Source: Rhina ancylostomus (Eukaryota). From it: a stretch of 63,126 nucleotides of DNA. The translations under genes and the position numbers were made by a program. Positions 27,143-40,550 of the stretch are shown here, one piece after another. Below the pieces are notes generated by a model. That model was not told where the DNA came from and ran no database searches. It saw only the letters and a program-made list of their open reading frames with translations. Positions within the stretch are counted from its first letter, which is position 1. Every line of letters begins with the position of its first letter. The stretch lies in NCBI GenBank assembly GCA_030265395.1, contig JARFYF010000068.1, positions 6,680,267 to 6,743,392 on the forward strand, given 5' to 3'.

Positions 27143-27804
27143 CTAAGTACTTCGTATAATTAATTTTCTTAACTCCACAGCAAATGTTGAAAATTTTCTA
27201 CAGATCAGAACATGTTTGTAGCGAGAGAAGCATAGTTGATGATTTGGACGAATGAATGACGAGAACTCAAAAATATGATATATTTTATGAGTCTGTCAAA
27301 AAGCTGGAGAGCAAGGAACAGAATCAAAGTCAGTGATACGCGAAATGCAGAAGTGACTAAACGGAAAGGGATCCCATCATGCAGGCAAAAGAAACGTTAT
27401 ACCATAAAGGAAATGAATCTCCCATCACAACGGAATATGGAAAAAATGTTTCATAGAAGTGAGATACAAAACGTAATTGGAGGGGAAGAGAAAGTTCATG
27501 ACGTGCAAGTAATGTCAGAGGCCATTTGAAACTCTGAACTGAATGGAAGTGACGGTGGATGATGATGCCAACATGTAATTGCTGAACGCATTGTAAGGAA
27601 ATTTCATGATGATCAGTGACTGCGATGGAACAATTTGAATGAATATAATCAAACAGCAATTTCAACTTCAATTATCAATTGTGATTCGGAATAAAGGGGA
27701 AGAAAAGTAGTGCTACGATTCCACGTGAGGGTATGATGGGAAGTGCAGAAAAAATTAACGGAGATTGCATATTGAGCCATGTTGTCATGGAAAAAAGAAA
27801 TTAT

Positions 27805-28020
27805 CTGCTGAATGCCGAGTGGAGTCGACAACAAAGTTGTTTGATAATGTCAGTAAGTAAACTGTGCCTGGAGCAGATAAAGATGAGTAACTGGTAGACT
27901 TGCAGAAAAACGTAACTGGCTCAACAATAAAAAGGCACTCCCTCCCATTCCCACGGCACTTTCTGAGCAACATGCTATGTTGTACTGCACATCTTCCCAT
28001 AAGGACACCACAAATTCTTC
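27805..28020 (-). pseudogene. 216-nt exon (open, donor mutated)
   Basis: tttcttacag|RICGVLMGRCAVQHSMLLRKC...DSTRHSA|ataatt. Confidence 0.5.
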
Positions 28021-28071
28021 CTGTAAGAAACATTAATTCTGTTCTGATTCATTAAATATGACGTAGTCATA

Positions 28072-28420
28072 CAGTCAAATGGTACTACGCCGCTGAAACC
28101 GGCCCTTCGGTCCATTTAGTCCATGCCGCCTGAGTTTATGTCCAGTTCCAGCTACCTGCACATAGATGACATCCCCCCAAACCATTCCCATCCATGTACC
28201 TATCCAAACGTCTCTGAATGTTACAATTGAACCCGTAACTACCATTTCCGCTGGCAGCTCGTTCCACACTCCTACCACCCTCTGAGTGAAGAAGTTTCCC
28301 TTAAGATTTACGTCAAATATTTCAGCTTTCACGCTAAACCTATGACCTCCAGTTCTAGTCTCACCCAAGCTTAGGGGGGGAGAGCTTGAATGCATTCGCC
28401 CTACCTGATCCCCTCATAAC
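28072..28420 (-). mobile_element. CR1 3' end
   Basis: ORF reads TRTGGHRFSVK...KGNFFTQRVVGVWNELP. Confidence 0.9.
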
Positions 28421-29450
28421 TTTTTTATAGTTTCGCTGAAATCGCTAAACCTTTCTGAATTCCTGCTCAATTCAATCCTCAAATTCACACACCTTTGCAA
28501 GGGAAGTCGAATATAACATTGAAGAAGAGAACCTCATATTGCAATCAAACATATTGTAAAATCCAACCTCTTTAGATCGTGTCGTTCGTTTTACACGGCA
28601 GACCTTCTCCGTGGCATTCTGGTTTGTGTGTTACTTATCCTTTCCTGACTTCTATCCTATGTTCTTTCCATATCGAATCCTATTCCTACCGAACTTTGCA
28701 AGTTAAACTATTTCTAGCTCTTGTCTTTCGAGTAGTAGCACCAGTTGATTGATCGATGCAAGTTTACTCGTGTTTTCTCCCTGCTGAGTTACTGGTCGTT
28801 TTCAGCATTTCAAATGTTGCTCATATTCACAATTTTATGCAACCGTACGAAGTCATATTAACTAAGGTGGATTTTAAAATATGCACTTTGACATGTCATG
28901 GTTATGGTTTCAGTTATTTTGCCGTCGTGTTTCAAAATGGCAGACTGTGCACATGGCCTCGAAGAGAAACAGCTTTAACTTAGTTGCCCTCACTACCACT
29001 GAAAAATACATGCCGCCATCAATACATTTTTTAAAAATCTTTTAAAAACATTTACAATGTCATAACCCTTATTTTTGTTATTGTTCTTTGTACATGATAA
29101 ACATATTTACTTTATCGATAAATGCAATGGCAATACGAGTTTCATTCTAATGTAACAGGGTGACAGCATGGACAAGGGTTTCGCTGATAATTTCTCTGAT
29201 TAATTTCAAAAGGACAGCTGAGTTCTAGCCGGCTAGCTACCATTGTAACTCCTCATTTGATTGAAAATAATGTGAAAATTGCGTGCACATTCTATTTATT
29301 GACGTTAGCCATTGACTTCTGTTGTAAGCATCACTTTCTGATGGTTTTAATAAGGGGGCCAACTTAATGGAACTTAGATAGTATTGTTAACTGTGTGATT
29401 TAATAAATTAATTTTATAGCAATGACATGAAATACATTAACTCTATTCAC

Positions 29451-29660
29451 CCTCCACCAGAAGCAGAATTATAAAGGGATGGCTCAACTTTCCTCTTCCT
29501 CCATGTGAAAATGATCCCAATGCATTTACCAAGGTAAAATACTTGATCGCGGCTGTGAAAATCCAACATCCTGCCTACGCAGATGATGATCTGAACTATA
29601 AATATTTTTGTCATTATCTGCTGCGTTTGGCAGATTAATTTTTTAATTTGCAGCATATCC
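29451..29660 (-). pseudogene. 210-nt exon (phase 2-2, open)
   Basis: ctttaacag|DMLQIKKLICQTQQIMTKIFIVQIIICVGRMLDF...SASGG|gtgaat, within ORF 29447-29761. Confidence 0.55.
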
Positions 29661-30614
29661 CTGTTAAAGCGGGCTCCCTTACAATACTTGAATATGATCT
29701 TTCTTGTTCGGTATTTTATTGCACATATGAAATGTGTAAATTCATTGTATATCTTCTGCACTATGAATAAGCTTTAAAATAACTTCTAAAATGCTAACCA
29801 AATTGGACTCTTATTTTCTATTTAACAACAGAAAAGGAATGTTGATGTTTACTGCGACTTATGGACGATGGAAATTCTGACTGATGCATCAGTTTGAAGT
29901 GAAACGAACTGAAGCTTTAGTTTGACAGTTTATTAGCCTTTTTTCACAAACACCATGTTTTTTTCTTCATGTACAATGTAAAGTAATGGCGACCTATCAC
30001 TGACATGATTAATGAGGTGATGAACTTCCGTTTTTTAAGGGATTTCCATCGTTTGATGGAATACATAGCTCTCGACAACACCTGAGGAAGCTCTCGGTTA
30101 CTCGTTCTGAACATCTATCGAATAATGTAACGATAAGCAATCTCTAAATTACCTGACACGTTTGTACTTTATGTGTCTTTCCAGTACCAGTTATGCCGCG
30201 AGTATGTGACAGAATTTCAAAAGGGGCATTGGTAGAAAACAGCGTTGCTACCTTGAATTACGGTGATGCATTTTGCACAAATTTCTGCTGTTTTTGTCCA
30301 TGCATTTTAAAAATAAACGCTTGTATATAATGTGCAACTAACTAGTTTGCAGAACAATGATAAAAGATATTTCTTAGGCTTCACTGCATCCACTTCAGCA
30401 TTTGAAAATTCTTACTTTGACTTAACATACAAATTCACAATGTAAATCAATATATTGAAGAACAGAAAAATCACTTGTACGTAAATATATGTTCTGTATT
30501 TCAACATACTACGAAGACAATATTTAATCTTGCTAAAACCCAAGAGAAAATAATCCCTTGAAAGCTAATCTTGGTGGGCTACATATTAATGATCCGATTT
30601 ACTTCAATTCCTAC

Positions 30615-30642
30615 CTCTGTTATTATCACCCAATTTTTTTCT
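30615..30642 (-). pseudogene. 28-nt micro-exon (27 nt plus one A in a homopolymer)
   Basis: ttttattttccacaacag|...KKLGDNNR|gtagga. Confidence 0.5.
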
Positions 30643-32613
30643 CTGTTGTGGAAAATAAAAGTAAGTTTGAAGTATATTGTAACTTAGTTGTTCTGGTGTT
30701 TCAATAGTAATTGATAAGGGATTTGATTTACCCTTTCCATGGGAAGAGGTTTGAATTTATTTTTTGAAATTAAACTTGCAGGTGCAAATTGGCAGCTATA
30801 GAGCATAATATCATTGCGTTTTGTGATATTCACAACCCATACTTTTTGCAGTCAAGGCAAAACATCTCAAAAATACTCAACCATACAGAGCTAGCTTGTG
30901 TGCGCACGGACTCACATACAAACACACATACACACATATGCCCACGTTCACACTAACACACATACACAAAAGCAAATACACAATCAACCATGTAAGCATT
31001 TGTACATACGCGCACACGTGTGTACATGCGTACGAGTGTGCATGTGTGTGTGATTCCAAACAGTTCCCTCTCCAGCTTCGACTTGATGAAGACGATATAT
31101 GCCGGGAAATGCAGAAGACAAGCAAAACATTCATATAAAAATAGACAGATAAACTATAGATGTCACTAACTGTGAAGAAAATGAGCGATAATGAAGACTA
31201 GGCACTTAAATATGTTATGAGATTAATGGGTAAAGAATGCTTTTGAGGACAGAATTCTGATACTCTATTAGGTATCAAAATCACATCCACAGCACAGTGG
31301 AAACTATGATGAAAACAAAACATGGAACCAAGATATTGACTACTTTTTGAATGCTCATGCTATGTGGCTTTTCTGCATTTTTGATGGAGAGAAAATAATC
31401 GAACGTCCGAAAATATGAGTTTGTTGCGACCATACAGGAATCAAAACTCTACGTGTCATAACTATTTTAAAGGAAATCATAACTTTGTATTTCCAGTGGA
31501 TAACATATATGGTCAGTCGGCAATAGCAAATGACCACAATTATAATTCATACAATGAGCGGCTGATTGGGTCCGGGGGGGGGGTGGGGTTGGTAATAGTT
31601 CCGCAGAGACAAACCAATAAAACCAGAATAAAATATACTAAGTATGAATCTTCACGTAACTGTAGCTTGCTTAAAGGATACAGGGAGAGGTATTCTGTAC
31701 ATCATTAAAATGCACCTATGAGGAGAACAGACTATTTCTTTTCAGCTCAATCTGACTGTCAAACTATGGTAACGAACGTGATCGGATATGTAGAAACTGA
31801 AGTTGTTGATAACTACTTCATTTTACTTAATACAAAGGCATACCATGCTTCAACCTAAGGGTAGTACTGATCTGGATGTGATTATAATCTCTGAACGGGA
31901 TTGGGCAAGTTAATAGATCAAGATTTTAAATTTTAGATTTCACCCATTCGGTAGTTTCCAAGAAGTTTGTAATGGTGTGGAGGAAAGGCACATACACATG
32001 TTAAAATTTTTATACATTAACTTACAGGCAAATTCATATTCCAGAACTTAATGCTCCTAAAGATCTTCAGTTCAACGAAAGCACCTACTTTTTCATCTTC
32101 AACATATCGTCTGGATATGAAGTAATCACATGTTTATTAAAAGGAAATAAGAATCGCTGATTAGCGAAAACACCTGCGTTTTTCAGACTATCTCTCAGTT
32201 TTTCGATTTCTGAAAAAGACAGAAAATTATTTAATTCGATTTATCAGCTAACGTTCTGTAATGTCACTATTTATGAACAGAAAATTAAATACAAATAATT
32301 CATTGTTCATGACATTTTGAAATTGACGATACCTTCAGTATGATAATCAATAATGAATTAGCTTGCCTTAAAATATTGTGCATTTCATCACTAAATACCT
32401 CACAAAAGTAATTATGTATTATTTTCAATTTTCTCTTCTTCTAAATATACTCAATGTTCTCTGTTTTTATAAATTTTGAACGGTAACTAAAAGCAATATT
32501 TGAATTATGCATCAGATTAGAGTTTGGTCTTCCTGTGTTTAATATTATCAAATAAAATGAGAAACAATACTTTCTACAAGGAGAGGGCTTTTCAGGGTAT
32601 TGGTTGCGAGTAC

Positions 32614-32643
32614 CTCTGTCTTTATCTCTGAGTTCATCTTCAA
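32614..32643 (-). pseudogene. 30-nt micro-exon (KD-x family)
   Basis: tatttcattacag|xEDELRDKDR|gtactc. Visibly similar at the DNA level to 38673-38699. Confidence 0.6.
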
Positions 32644-35600
32644 CTGTAATGAAATACGAGATATACTAGTTACATGCGGAAGTTGATTTCGTGGGAAACA
32701 ACAACAATGGAGCAATCAAAATTGAGAAACATGTTTGGTCGCAGAAAATTCACGAGTATAGCAACATTCGCACATCTTTCCCATATTACCGAGCAGTACA
32801 TCCGAAGTTTGATAGGATGTTATATTTGTATTCAAGAACAAAATTAATTCATTTGCAGGAATGAAAACGTTTGTATATGTTCATTTGGGGAAAAAAAACT
32901 TCCATTAGCATTTACTAAGGTAATGTAGTTGAGAAGAAAAAGTACGTTTATTTTATTAAGAGCATCACACGTTTGCAATCCAGAGTTCCGTCGAAAAATA
33001 AATTGCTAAGTTATTTATCTAAATATTCAAATGATTTCTTGGTTACCTCTCTGTCCCCTATCTCCCCGTCCTATCTTCTCGCTTTATGACGACGTGTGTC
33101 ATTTAAATATTTCATTTTTCGAGAAAATTCGGAAATTATTTTAATGTTAAATATTTGTATTCAGACTATTCTTACCATCAATCCATTCTTCTAATTAGGA
33201 CATCCTATCTACTAATACGTATATTTTCTACTCTTCATCTTCAAACTTTACTCCAATTATATCTCCATTAATTATTCTTGCAATTATTTTCTTAGATATA
33301 TAAAGCATGGAAAGAACACTTATATAGAGGAGATAAAAATATGAGGTGTACTATATAAATTCATGGCATTGCATGACATTTATATTATTTGGTTATCGTT
33401 AGACGCTTTATAACGCACAGGTGAATGCATCTCTGCATTATTTTGTAATATTTCTACGAGTTTGTAAAGTATCTTCATTCATATCTTAAGTTTTATGTTC
33501 TTTTGTTTTGCTGTCTTGGGGGAGCATCCCAGAATTCGTCTGTTTGTTTCATGGGAATAGTTAATAACCTTTAAGGAATGTATTAATTAGTTTCATGGCC
33601 ACTTGCATCATCCGCTCCTAACCAGAAATGGAACACCAACACCAGCCATGCTTCTATTTTTCTGTCCAACCATACCACGATAAGAATCTGTGAGCTTTTA
33701 CTTTGCATTCCATGAACGCACTATCTCTGTTTTCAACTGTTTGGGTAAGTGTTTTCTATATTTCAGTTTACATTCTTGGTTAACTTGGCCTGTTTTTCTC
33801 TATTTCTTTTAAATTGTTTTTCGACCTATTTTCCAATATAGCCTTCTTGTTTTTGTCACCCTTTCTGTTATTATCTACACACTTAGTTTAAAAAAAACAT
33901 TCGAATTCCTCCTCCCGCAGCGCTAATGTTAGTTTTATTCCGTTTCTTTTTCACTTGCTGCAATAAAAGGAATTCATTTTATCCCATCATCAGTAAAGAC
34001 ACTTGACTAATTTGGATATAGCGATATCATGGGTTGAGTAAGATTCTAAACATTGCCACACTGAATGTCGTGCTTATTATATTGGAAGGTATTTTTTTTC
34101 CAATTCCTGGCCACGGCGTTCTCGATATTTTTTAATGTCTCATGAATATTACACATCAATCATATAATCATCTGTATTCTTCTCGTTTCACAAGTAAACT
34201 TCCACTGCTCAAAGTTACCAAGTACAATTGTACCCAGAAGGAAAAAAAAGTTTCTGCGTGTCCTTTACACTCGACTGCAATCTGCGCCTGACGGTCGTTG
34301 TTCGTATTCTGGTGTTTTTCTCAGAATCTTTCTCAATCATCACCGAAGAGTATAAGTGTACACTCTACCTGCAGATTTCTAATATTCTCTGTATCCCTTT
34401 CTCCTTCCTTTATATCCCCACTCCGCCCGATCTGCAATTGACACAAACTCCCTCTTGCATTATGGGAAGTCGACAGATTTTTTTGCAAATGTAAAAGGCT
34501 TAAGTTTTATCAGTTTATTTTTGACGATTACATTTTCTGTGGGTGCCTATGAACGGAATCAGAATAACTCCCGAATAATCCTGCCGTGTACCTTTCTTTG
34601 TCATGTCTGAATATTTTACAACTAAGGTTTTTGAAAGAAATGGCAAGGGTTACATTCAACATGCAAAAATGGTACATTTGCTGTAGATATAATTCATCAG
34701 TTATCATATGTGCTGAAACATGATCAATTTGATATACTCATTCAGATATGATTCACTAAAATTAAATGTACGTTGGATATGTGTGTAGCCTTGGAGCACT
34801 CTCATAAATTCTACATTAATGGGCTGGAATGTTAAATCGCTGTGAATTTAAATAATAAAGCTCTCGATAAACATTTAACCGCATCGGAAGCTGGTGCCTT
34901 TCAGTTTCCATCCTCTGCTGATTTCATGTCATTTCGATGGATTCCCTGGCATAAATTTTATTGAAAGTAATAAAGTTGGTTCTGCCGCCATTCAGATTAA
35001 AGAACTCAAGGATATAGAATAACAAGAAGCAGTGATTTTTTTGTTAACAGGTTAAAACTTGAGTTGCTCATATAATAATAATTATGGAAAATGAATTGTC
35101 ACCAATATATCATAAAGGATACATAAATCTCATTATGAATACTTAATGCGAAAAGCATTTACGGGTGGCCAGATTCTGTGATTAGAGTAGTACACCATAA
35201 TGATCTGTCATAAGGTCACGTTCCCCAGAAGCTGTAAATATTCACGTGTGCCAGTATAAAATATTGCAGGTTTTATATTAGCAAGGCTGAGGTTTTAAGG
35301 AATATCACATTTTTGCGATTTCGAATTAGTCCCAATGAGAATGTTGCAAACGACAGCTATGAATGGTGTGAAAATTTCGAAATTTTCCACTACGTGAGGC
35401 GAAAGCGTTGCCATTGCCACTGTTGAAGTGCAAAAAAATATTGAACTGCATCAAACCAAACTGCATAAGAAATAGTTATGTACAAAAGAAAACGTGAATG
35501 GAAGTTAGCAATCGATCGTTCACATGAGCGTTTCAGTATAAATATAATTCTTCATTGCATGCATGTGATATTGAAATGTTACTACTCAATGAGAATGAGT

Positions 35601-35937
35601 TGCTGCAAGATATGGTACTATTATTTGCATTTTGAAGGTCAAAAGCATACAACTAATCATTCAAATCCTGTTACAAATACACAACTTGTTGCTCAGTTCA
35701 TAACTTCTTTTAATTCATGCCTTTCCTTGCAGAATATAGTTTGTCTTCTGTTGTTGATAAAACAACAGTTTTGAAATATGTTGTGAGCTATTTGTTATGA
35801 CATCAGAAATAATCCTTACAATTGGCGGCCTATTTTCAATTCTTTGAAATGCAAATGTTTTCTTTCACAGTTTATATTCTCTTTCCTTCAAACAACTTGG
35901 AAATATGAGAGACACTACCACAGCCAAAAGATAATAT

Positions 35938-36517
35938 TGTCACAATGTTGATCCGGAGCAAACTCACAGAGAACCCAAATGCGGCACACCAATACAAGAC
36001 TGGTGTCAGGATACTTCCTCAGGACAAACGCAGGCAGTATCTGGAAGGAATCTTGCCTCGGAGATCAGAAGACGAATCCCAACACGAACTGGATCTTCGC
36101 AAAGGAATAGAGAACACAGGACTGCTCTAGAGTAAATCTACTCTAAGCAANNNNNNNNNNNNNNNNNNNNNNNNNNNNNNNNNNNNNNNNNNNNNNNNNN
36201 NNNNNNNNNNNNNNNNNNNNNNNNNNNNNNNNNNNNNNNNNNNNNNNNNNATTAAAAAGAAAGCAGTCAAACTTTGACAGAACATCTGAGAAGTCAGTGA
36301 TGACTTGCAGGAAATTAGAAGGTTAATCTCGCGGAGTTATGATTGAACAGCGGGTCCGATAGACAAAATTGTGGTTTAAATGCAGACGGATGGGCAGCCG
36401 CAGTGAATAATAACTGAGAGCGGTGAAAATGGGACGCAATGTCAGGTGAAGTTACTACCCTGGACGGCAACTGTGAACTGTGTGAACTGACGCGTGAAAG
36501 GAATGTGAACCATGACG
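35938..36517. mobile_element. Possible solo LTR
   Basis: Begins TGTCAC, ends about CATGAC, is more GC-rich than its flanks and contains a gap. Confidence 0.35.
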
Positions 36518-36599
36518 TTTGCGCGTGAGGGCAAGAAATAGGCTGTGTCCGGCTGTTCCGAGCTGAGAAATGTCCAAGGCCGCTGAGAAGCTTTACATT

Positions 36600-36760
36600 A
36601 TGAAATCTTGTCACCTCATCGATTGCTTTCTACAAATCTTAATACATTGCATTTATTTCTTCTCCTTTATCCACTCTGCTTATTTTAATCTTCAAAAATA
36701 ACCGTATGACTTCGTCACATATGATTTCATTTCGTAAAACCACGATAGCTCTACTTGATA
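36600..36760 (-). mobile_element. CR1 RT fragment
   Basis: SRVDKGEEINAMY...KAID, resembling the LDFxKAFD motif. Confidence 0.6.
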
Positions 36761-37541
36761 TTATTATGATATTCCAAATATCTTTGTTATTACTTCCTTG
36801 CGATTCCAATATTTTCCCCATGCAGACCTCGGTCAAACTGAGTTGTTGTTTCTGTCACTCTCATTTCTTCACAGGCCTATTCCCTCGCATGCTAATGATC
36901 CTTAATTAAATAAACACGGTCTTCAGTTCTAGGCTTGATCTGGTCAAGGAAATATCAGAGAGGCAATTTCACAAAACTTTGCTGAGGAAATCCAGAAAGC
37001 GGTTCAAACACGAAAAGTAGTAACAGGCAGAGCGAACAGACCCCGTAGGCCCAATTTTACTTTCCCTTAAGGATTGAACCTTGACGATTCTCTCTGCAGA
37101 TAGTTAGAGGTCACCATCAACAGGATTTAACTCTTAGGCATGGCAGTGTATCATCCACAGGCTTGACTATCCCAGAGGATAATAAAATTCACAGTGGAAG
37201 GAACAGAAAAAAACACTTGAATATAGTGTAACGGCAATAGACTAAAATATGGTGATTTAAGGGAGATGCTGGTGTCATAAATGTTTTGAATATGAAAGAA
37301 GCTGTAAACACGAAGCAATGTTTACGACGATAGGTAAAGATCAAGGAATAGAATGGATTGAATATGTGAATCTTAATGAAAGCCTGGAAAATTTAATGTT
37401 TTGTACGTCGAATAAATTGGGTTGATTTTAATAGAAGGAACGGTGAACTATCATTGACTTTAATGAACATAAAAAATCATAGATATGGAAGTGCGCTGCC
37501 CAGTCATTTCTAATATTTTTATGCCATCGCAATAAGATAAC

Positions 37542-37660
37542 CTTTACTTCCTTGGATGAATAGGAAAAGTGCAAATTGCTTATTACTCGTGTTAAGTAAT
37601 ATAGCTGCGTTATTGCTAATCCACCCGCGTATTTCACCCTGTCGTTAGCTCTTTCTATTT
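37542..37660 (-). pseudogene. Beta-region exon (open)
   Basis: tttttgtctctctattacag|IERANDRVKYAGGLAITQLYYLTRVISNLHFSYSSKEVK|gttatc. Confidence 0.55.
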
Positions 37661-37992
37661 CTGTAATAGAGAGACAAAAACAAAACACCCACATTGAGTT
37701 CGAATCGCTATGTCCCAAATTTCCATATGAGCTAAGGCCAAGTGCTGCAGGCCAATGACATATCAATGGATTGCTACGCCGACTTTAAAAACAATACGAG
37801 AAATATAAGTAGCCTTATAATACTCTCTCAATTAAATGGCATCTTTGCTGGGCAATTACGTAAGTACACAATGGTATGAATTTTTTTCATGTATAGCTAT
37901 TACTTATTTTGTACTGTAATATAATGTCCATATTCCTTGCTGGTGCAGGGCACATTGGATATAACAATAAAAACTAATGTTAGATGTCCTAC

Positions 37993-38250
37993 TTGTTCAC
38001 CAGTCTCAAAATGGAGGATACATCCGATATGTTTCTGTTATTGGTGTTGAGTGTGAACACATATTATCGACCAGGTAAAATCCAACTACATTTTAGTTGC
38101 CCTTGGTTTAGTTTTAGCAAGCCTGTGATGCGTAACGATAACATAGATATTATAGAATCCGTTTATTCTGCTCTTTAGGTTGTAATATTTGCATTTATCC
38201 ACTTTATCGCTGGCATTGTCTGACGTAGTCGTGACAATTTTGGGGTTTCC
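37993..38250 (-). pseudogene. 258-nt exon (phase 2-2, 3 stops)
   Basis: tttcattcctgcag|ETPKLSRLRQTMPAIKWINANITT*...SSILRLVN|gtagga. Confidence 0.55.
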
Positions 38251-38502
38251 CTGCAGGAATGAAAGTCTGAAGATTGTGGCATCTGTTGCTTTCCTGACGG
38301 TGCTTCAACATTGTATTGATCACGAATACAGTAAGTGAATAGGAAGTTGTAGCAATTATCATCAAACATATTTAGTTTGTAAGGTTATTAATATCGGTGG
38401 AGTTTTAGACGTTGTGAATATTTTGAACCTTCCTGAATGTCCAGTGCATTGAATGTTTCTGTTTTGACAGTTAGCAAAACTAGGACCTGAAAATGCGCTT
38501 AC

Positions 38503-38580
38503 CTTCAATTATATGTTTCTCTTTTTTGATGGCTTAAGCTTCGCCACGCGAAGATATTGCATCGATATTTTGAATGTCAG
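38503..38580 (-). pseudogene. 78-nt exon
   Basis: DIQNIDAISSRGEA*AIKKEKHIIE|gtaagc, phase 1-1. Confidence 0.5.
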
Positions 38581-38672
38581 CTCCAATTGGATAAACCATG
38601 TTAGATACATTCAAACATTTTGCATTTCAGCGTCCAACACTAGCAAATCCCGGCAAGTCCGCGCATAATTAC

Positions 38673-38699
38673 CTCGGTCTTTCTCTCTCGCTTCGTCTT
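38673..38699 (-). pseudogene. 27-nt micro-exon (KD-x family)
   Basis: ttttatgtcacaacag|xDEAREKDR|gtaatt. Confidence 0.65.
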
Positions 38700-40494
38700 C
38701 TGTTGTGACATAAAATAGAAATTGCATTATGATTTGTGGATTGGATTTCGTTTACTAGGTAGGAAAATATTAACTGGATTAACTGGTGAATGTGGTTTTA
38801 TAACAGGAAAAAGTAATATTTAGGATGTTGATACTTGCAGAAATATATAAAGGTTTCANNNNNNNNNNNNNNNNNNNNNNNNNNNNNNNNNNNNNNNNNN
38901 NNNNNNNNNNNNNNNNNNNNNNNNNNNNNNNNNNNNNNNNNNNNNNNNNNNNNNNNNNACAAAGAACATTGAACAGTAACAAAGAACAAACTGCTCTGGG
39001 TGAAACTGCGAAGGCTGTCAATTTAGTTTATATACGAGACGTCAAAAAAGATGGCAGGGAAGAGATTACGAAATTAATGCGCCAAAAATAAAACAAAAGA
39101 AAGAGTTGTTTATGTTTTTCAACTCTGTTCCTCGCAGCTGCAGGAGTCTGTTGCAAGCCATCAGAAATTGTGTTTTCGTCGACTCTATGTAGATGTGTTT
39201 TTTATAATGCTGATGTGCATCCGAAAGCAGTTGATCAGAGAATAAAGTTCCATGTTGGAAGCTGTTGGGAATCCACTAAGGGGGATCTACAGAATCAGGC
39301 GAATTACAAATAAATCGAATGGTTCAACGTACATATGTAGTAAGAATAATAATGAGGTGAAAAGAAACGACGTGTTAAATGCATAAAACAATCGACATCA
39401 GCAAGGATATATTTTAATGCGCCGAATTAATTAAAATATATGTGAATAGTTTTTTTCTAAATAATGCTCAGCTGCCATAGGATACTATTTGTTTATCAAA
39501 GCTCATACGACTTCTCAAGCCTCAGATTTCAGAATGATGCCATTGACCATGGAGGGCCAAAAGGACTACGTACCATTCTTGCATGGAATGTTCGTGCGAG
39601 ATAGTCACGCTGCTATTGCTGAACGTTTGAAACGATACTGAAACAAGGAATTGACGTTGTGCACAGCTTCTCCTGCAGTCTAATTTATGTAACAGTTTTT
39701 GAAAGCTTTGAGCTGCACATGTCTGCTCCCATTTTGAAATAGGTTATTTCATTCCCACGTGTATGTGTGTGTGTAGATTACACAGAGGATTGAAAAGGGA
39801 TATAGAATCGTAGATGGCCGAATCAGTACAGTGCAGAAGAGGATATGAATGGAATGAATAGTTCCATGCGTCACAGCCAGTGTGAATGGAACACATTACT
39901 GAATGGCAAGAAGCATGTACGATGCATCAGAAAAATAATGAGTCAAACATAACGACAAGTAAATCGAAAAACCTGTAAAATTGGGAATAGTGTGAAAATG
40001 AGTAAGTAAAGAGTGCAGGACTATAATGAATCTAGGTTCGTGTGAAGTTGCACAAATATAAGAATTGGCACTAAGTTAACTGAGCAGCTAGTGCAATGTA
40101 TAATACTATTTTAACAGGAAAACTACAAAATTGGTCAGAAACATGATTGTTCATTCCACTGAAATAAATGCAAATTTAATGTCATTTAGTTGTATTAGAA
40201 GTGAGCANNNNNNNNNNTGAGCAAACTACGGTGCTTATTCATAGATGAGGTAGAACTTAATCTGGTCATAGTTGGTATCACCAGGAAGTCTGGTTAAATA
40301 GGAAGTATGTGCGTCTCTATGAACATTGCATGTGTAAAGTTGCTGTGAGGCTTCCATTAAATCCTTACTGGCTCTTTGTAATTCATTTCTCAAATTCTCT
40401 ATTTCTAAAAGTCAGTATAAAATATTGCATCAGTTAAAGACAAAAAGTGACATATGTGAATTTCAAATAAACCACCGTCTCTCTCTCTCCCTCA

Positions 40495-40504
40495 CAAACA
40501 CACA

Positions 40505-40545
<41 letters not shown>

Positions 40546-40550
40546 ACACA
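40495..40550. repeat. (CA)n microsatellite
   Basis: Direct observation. Confidence 0.95.
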
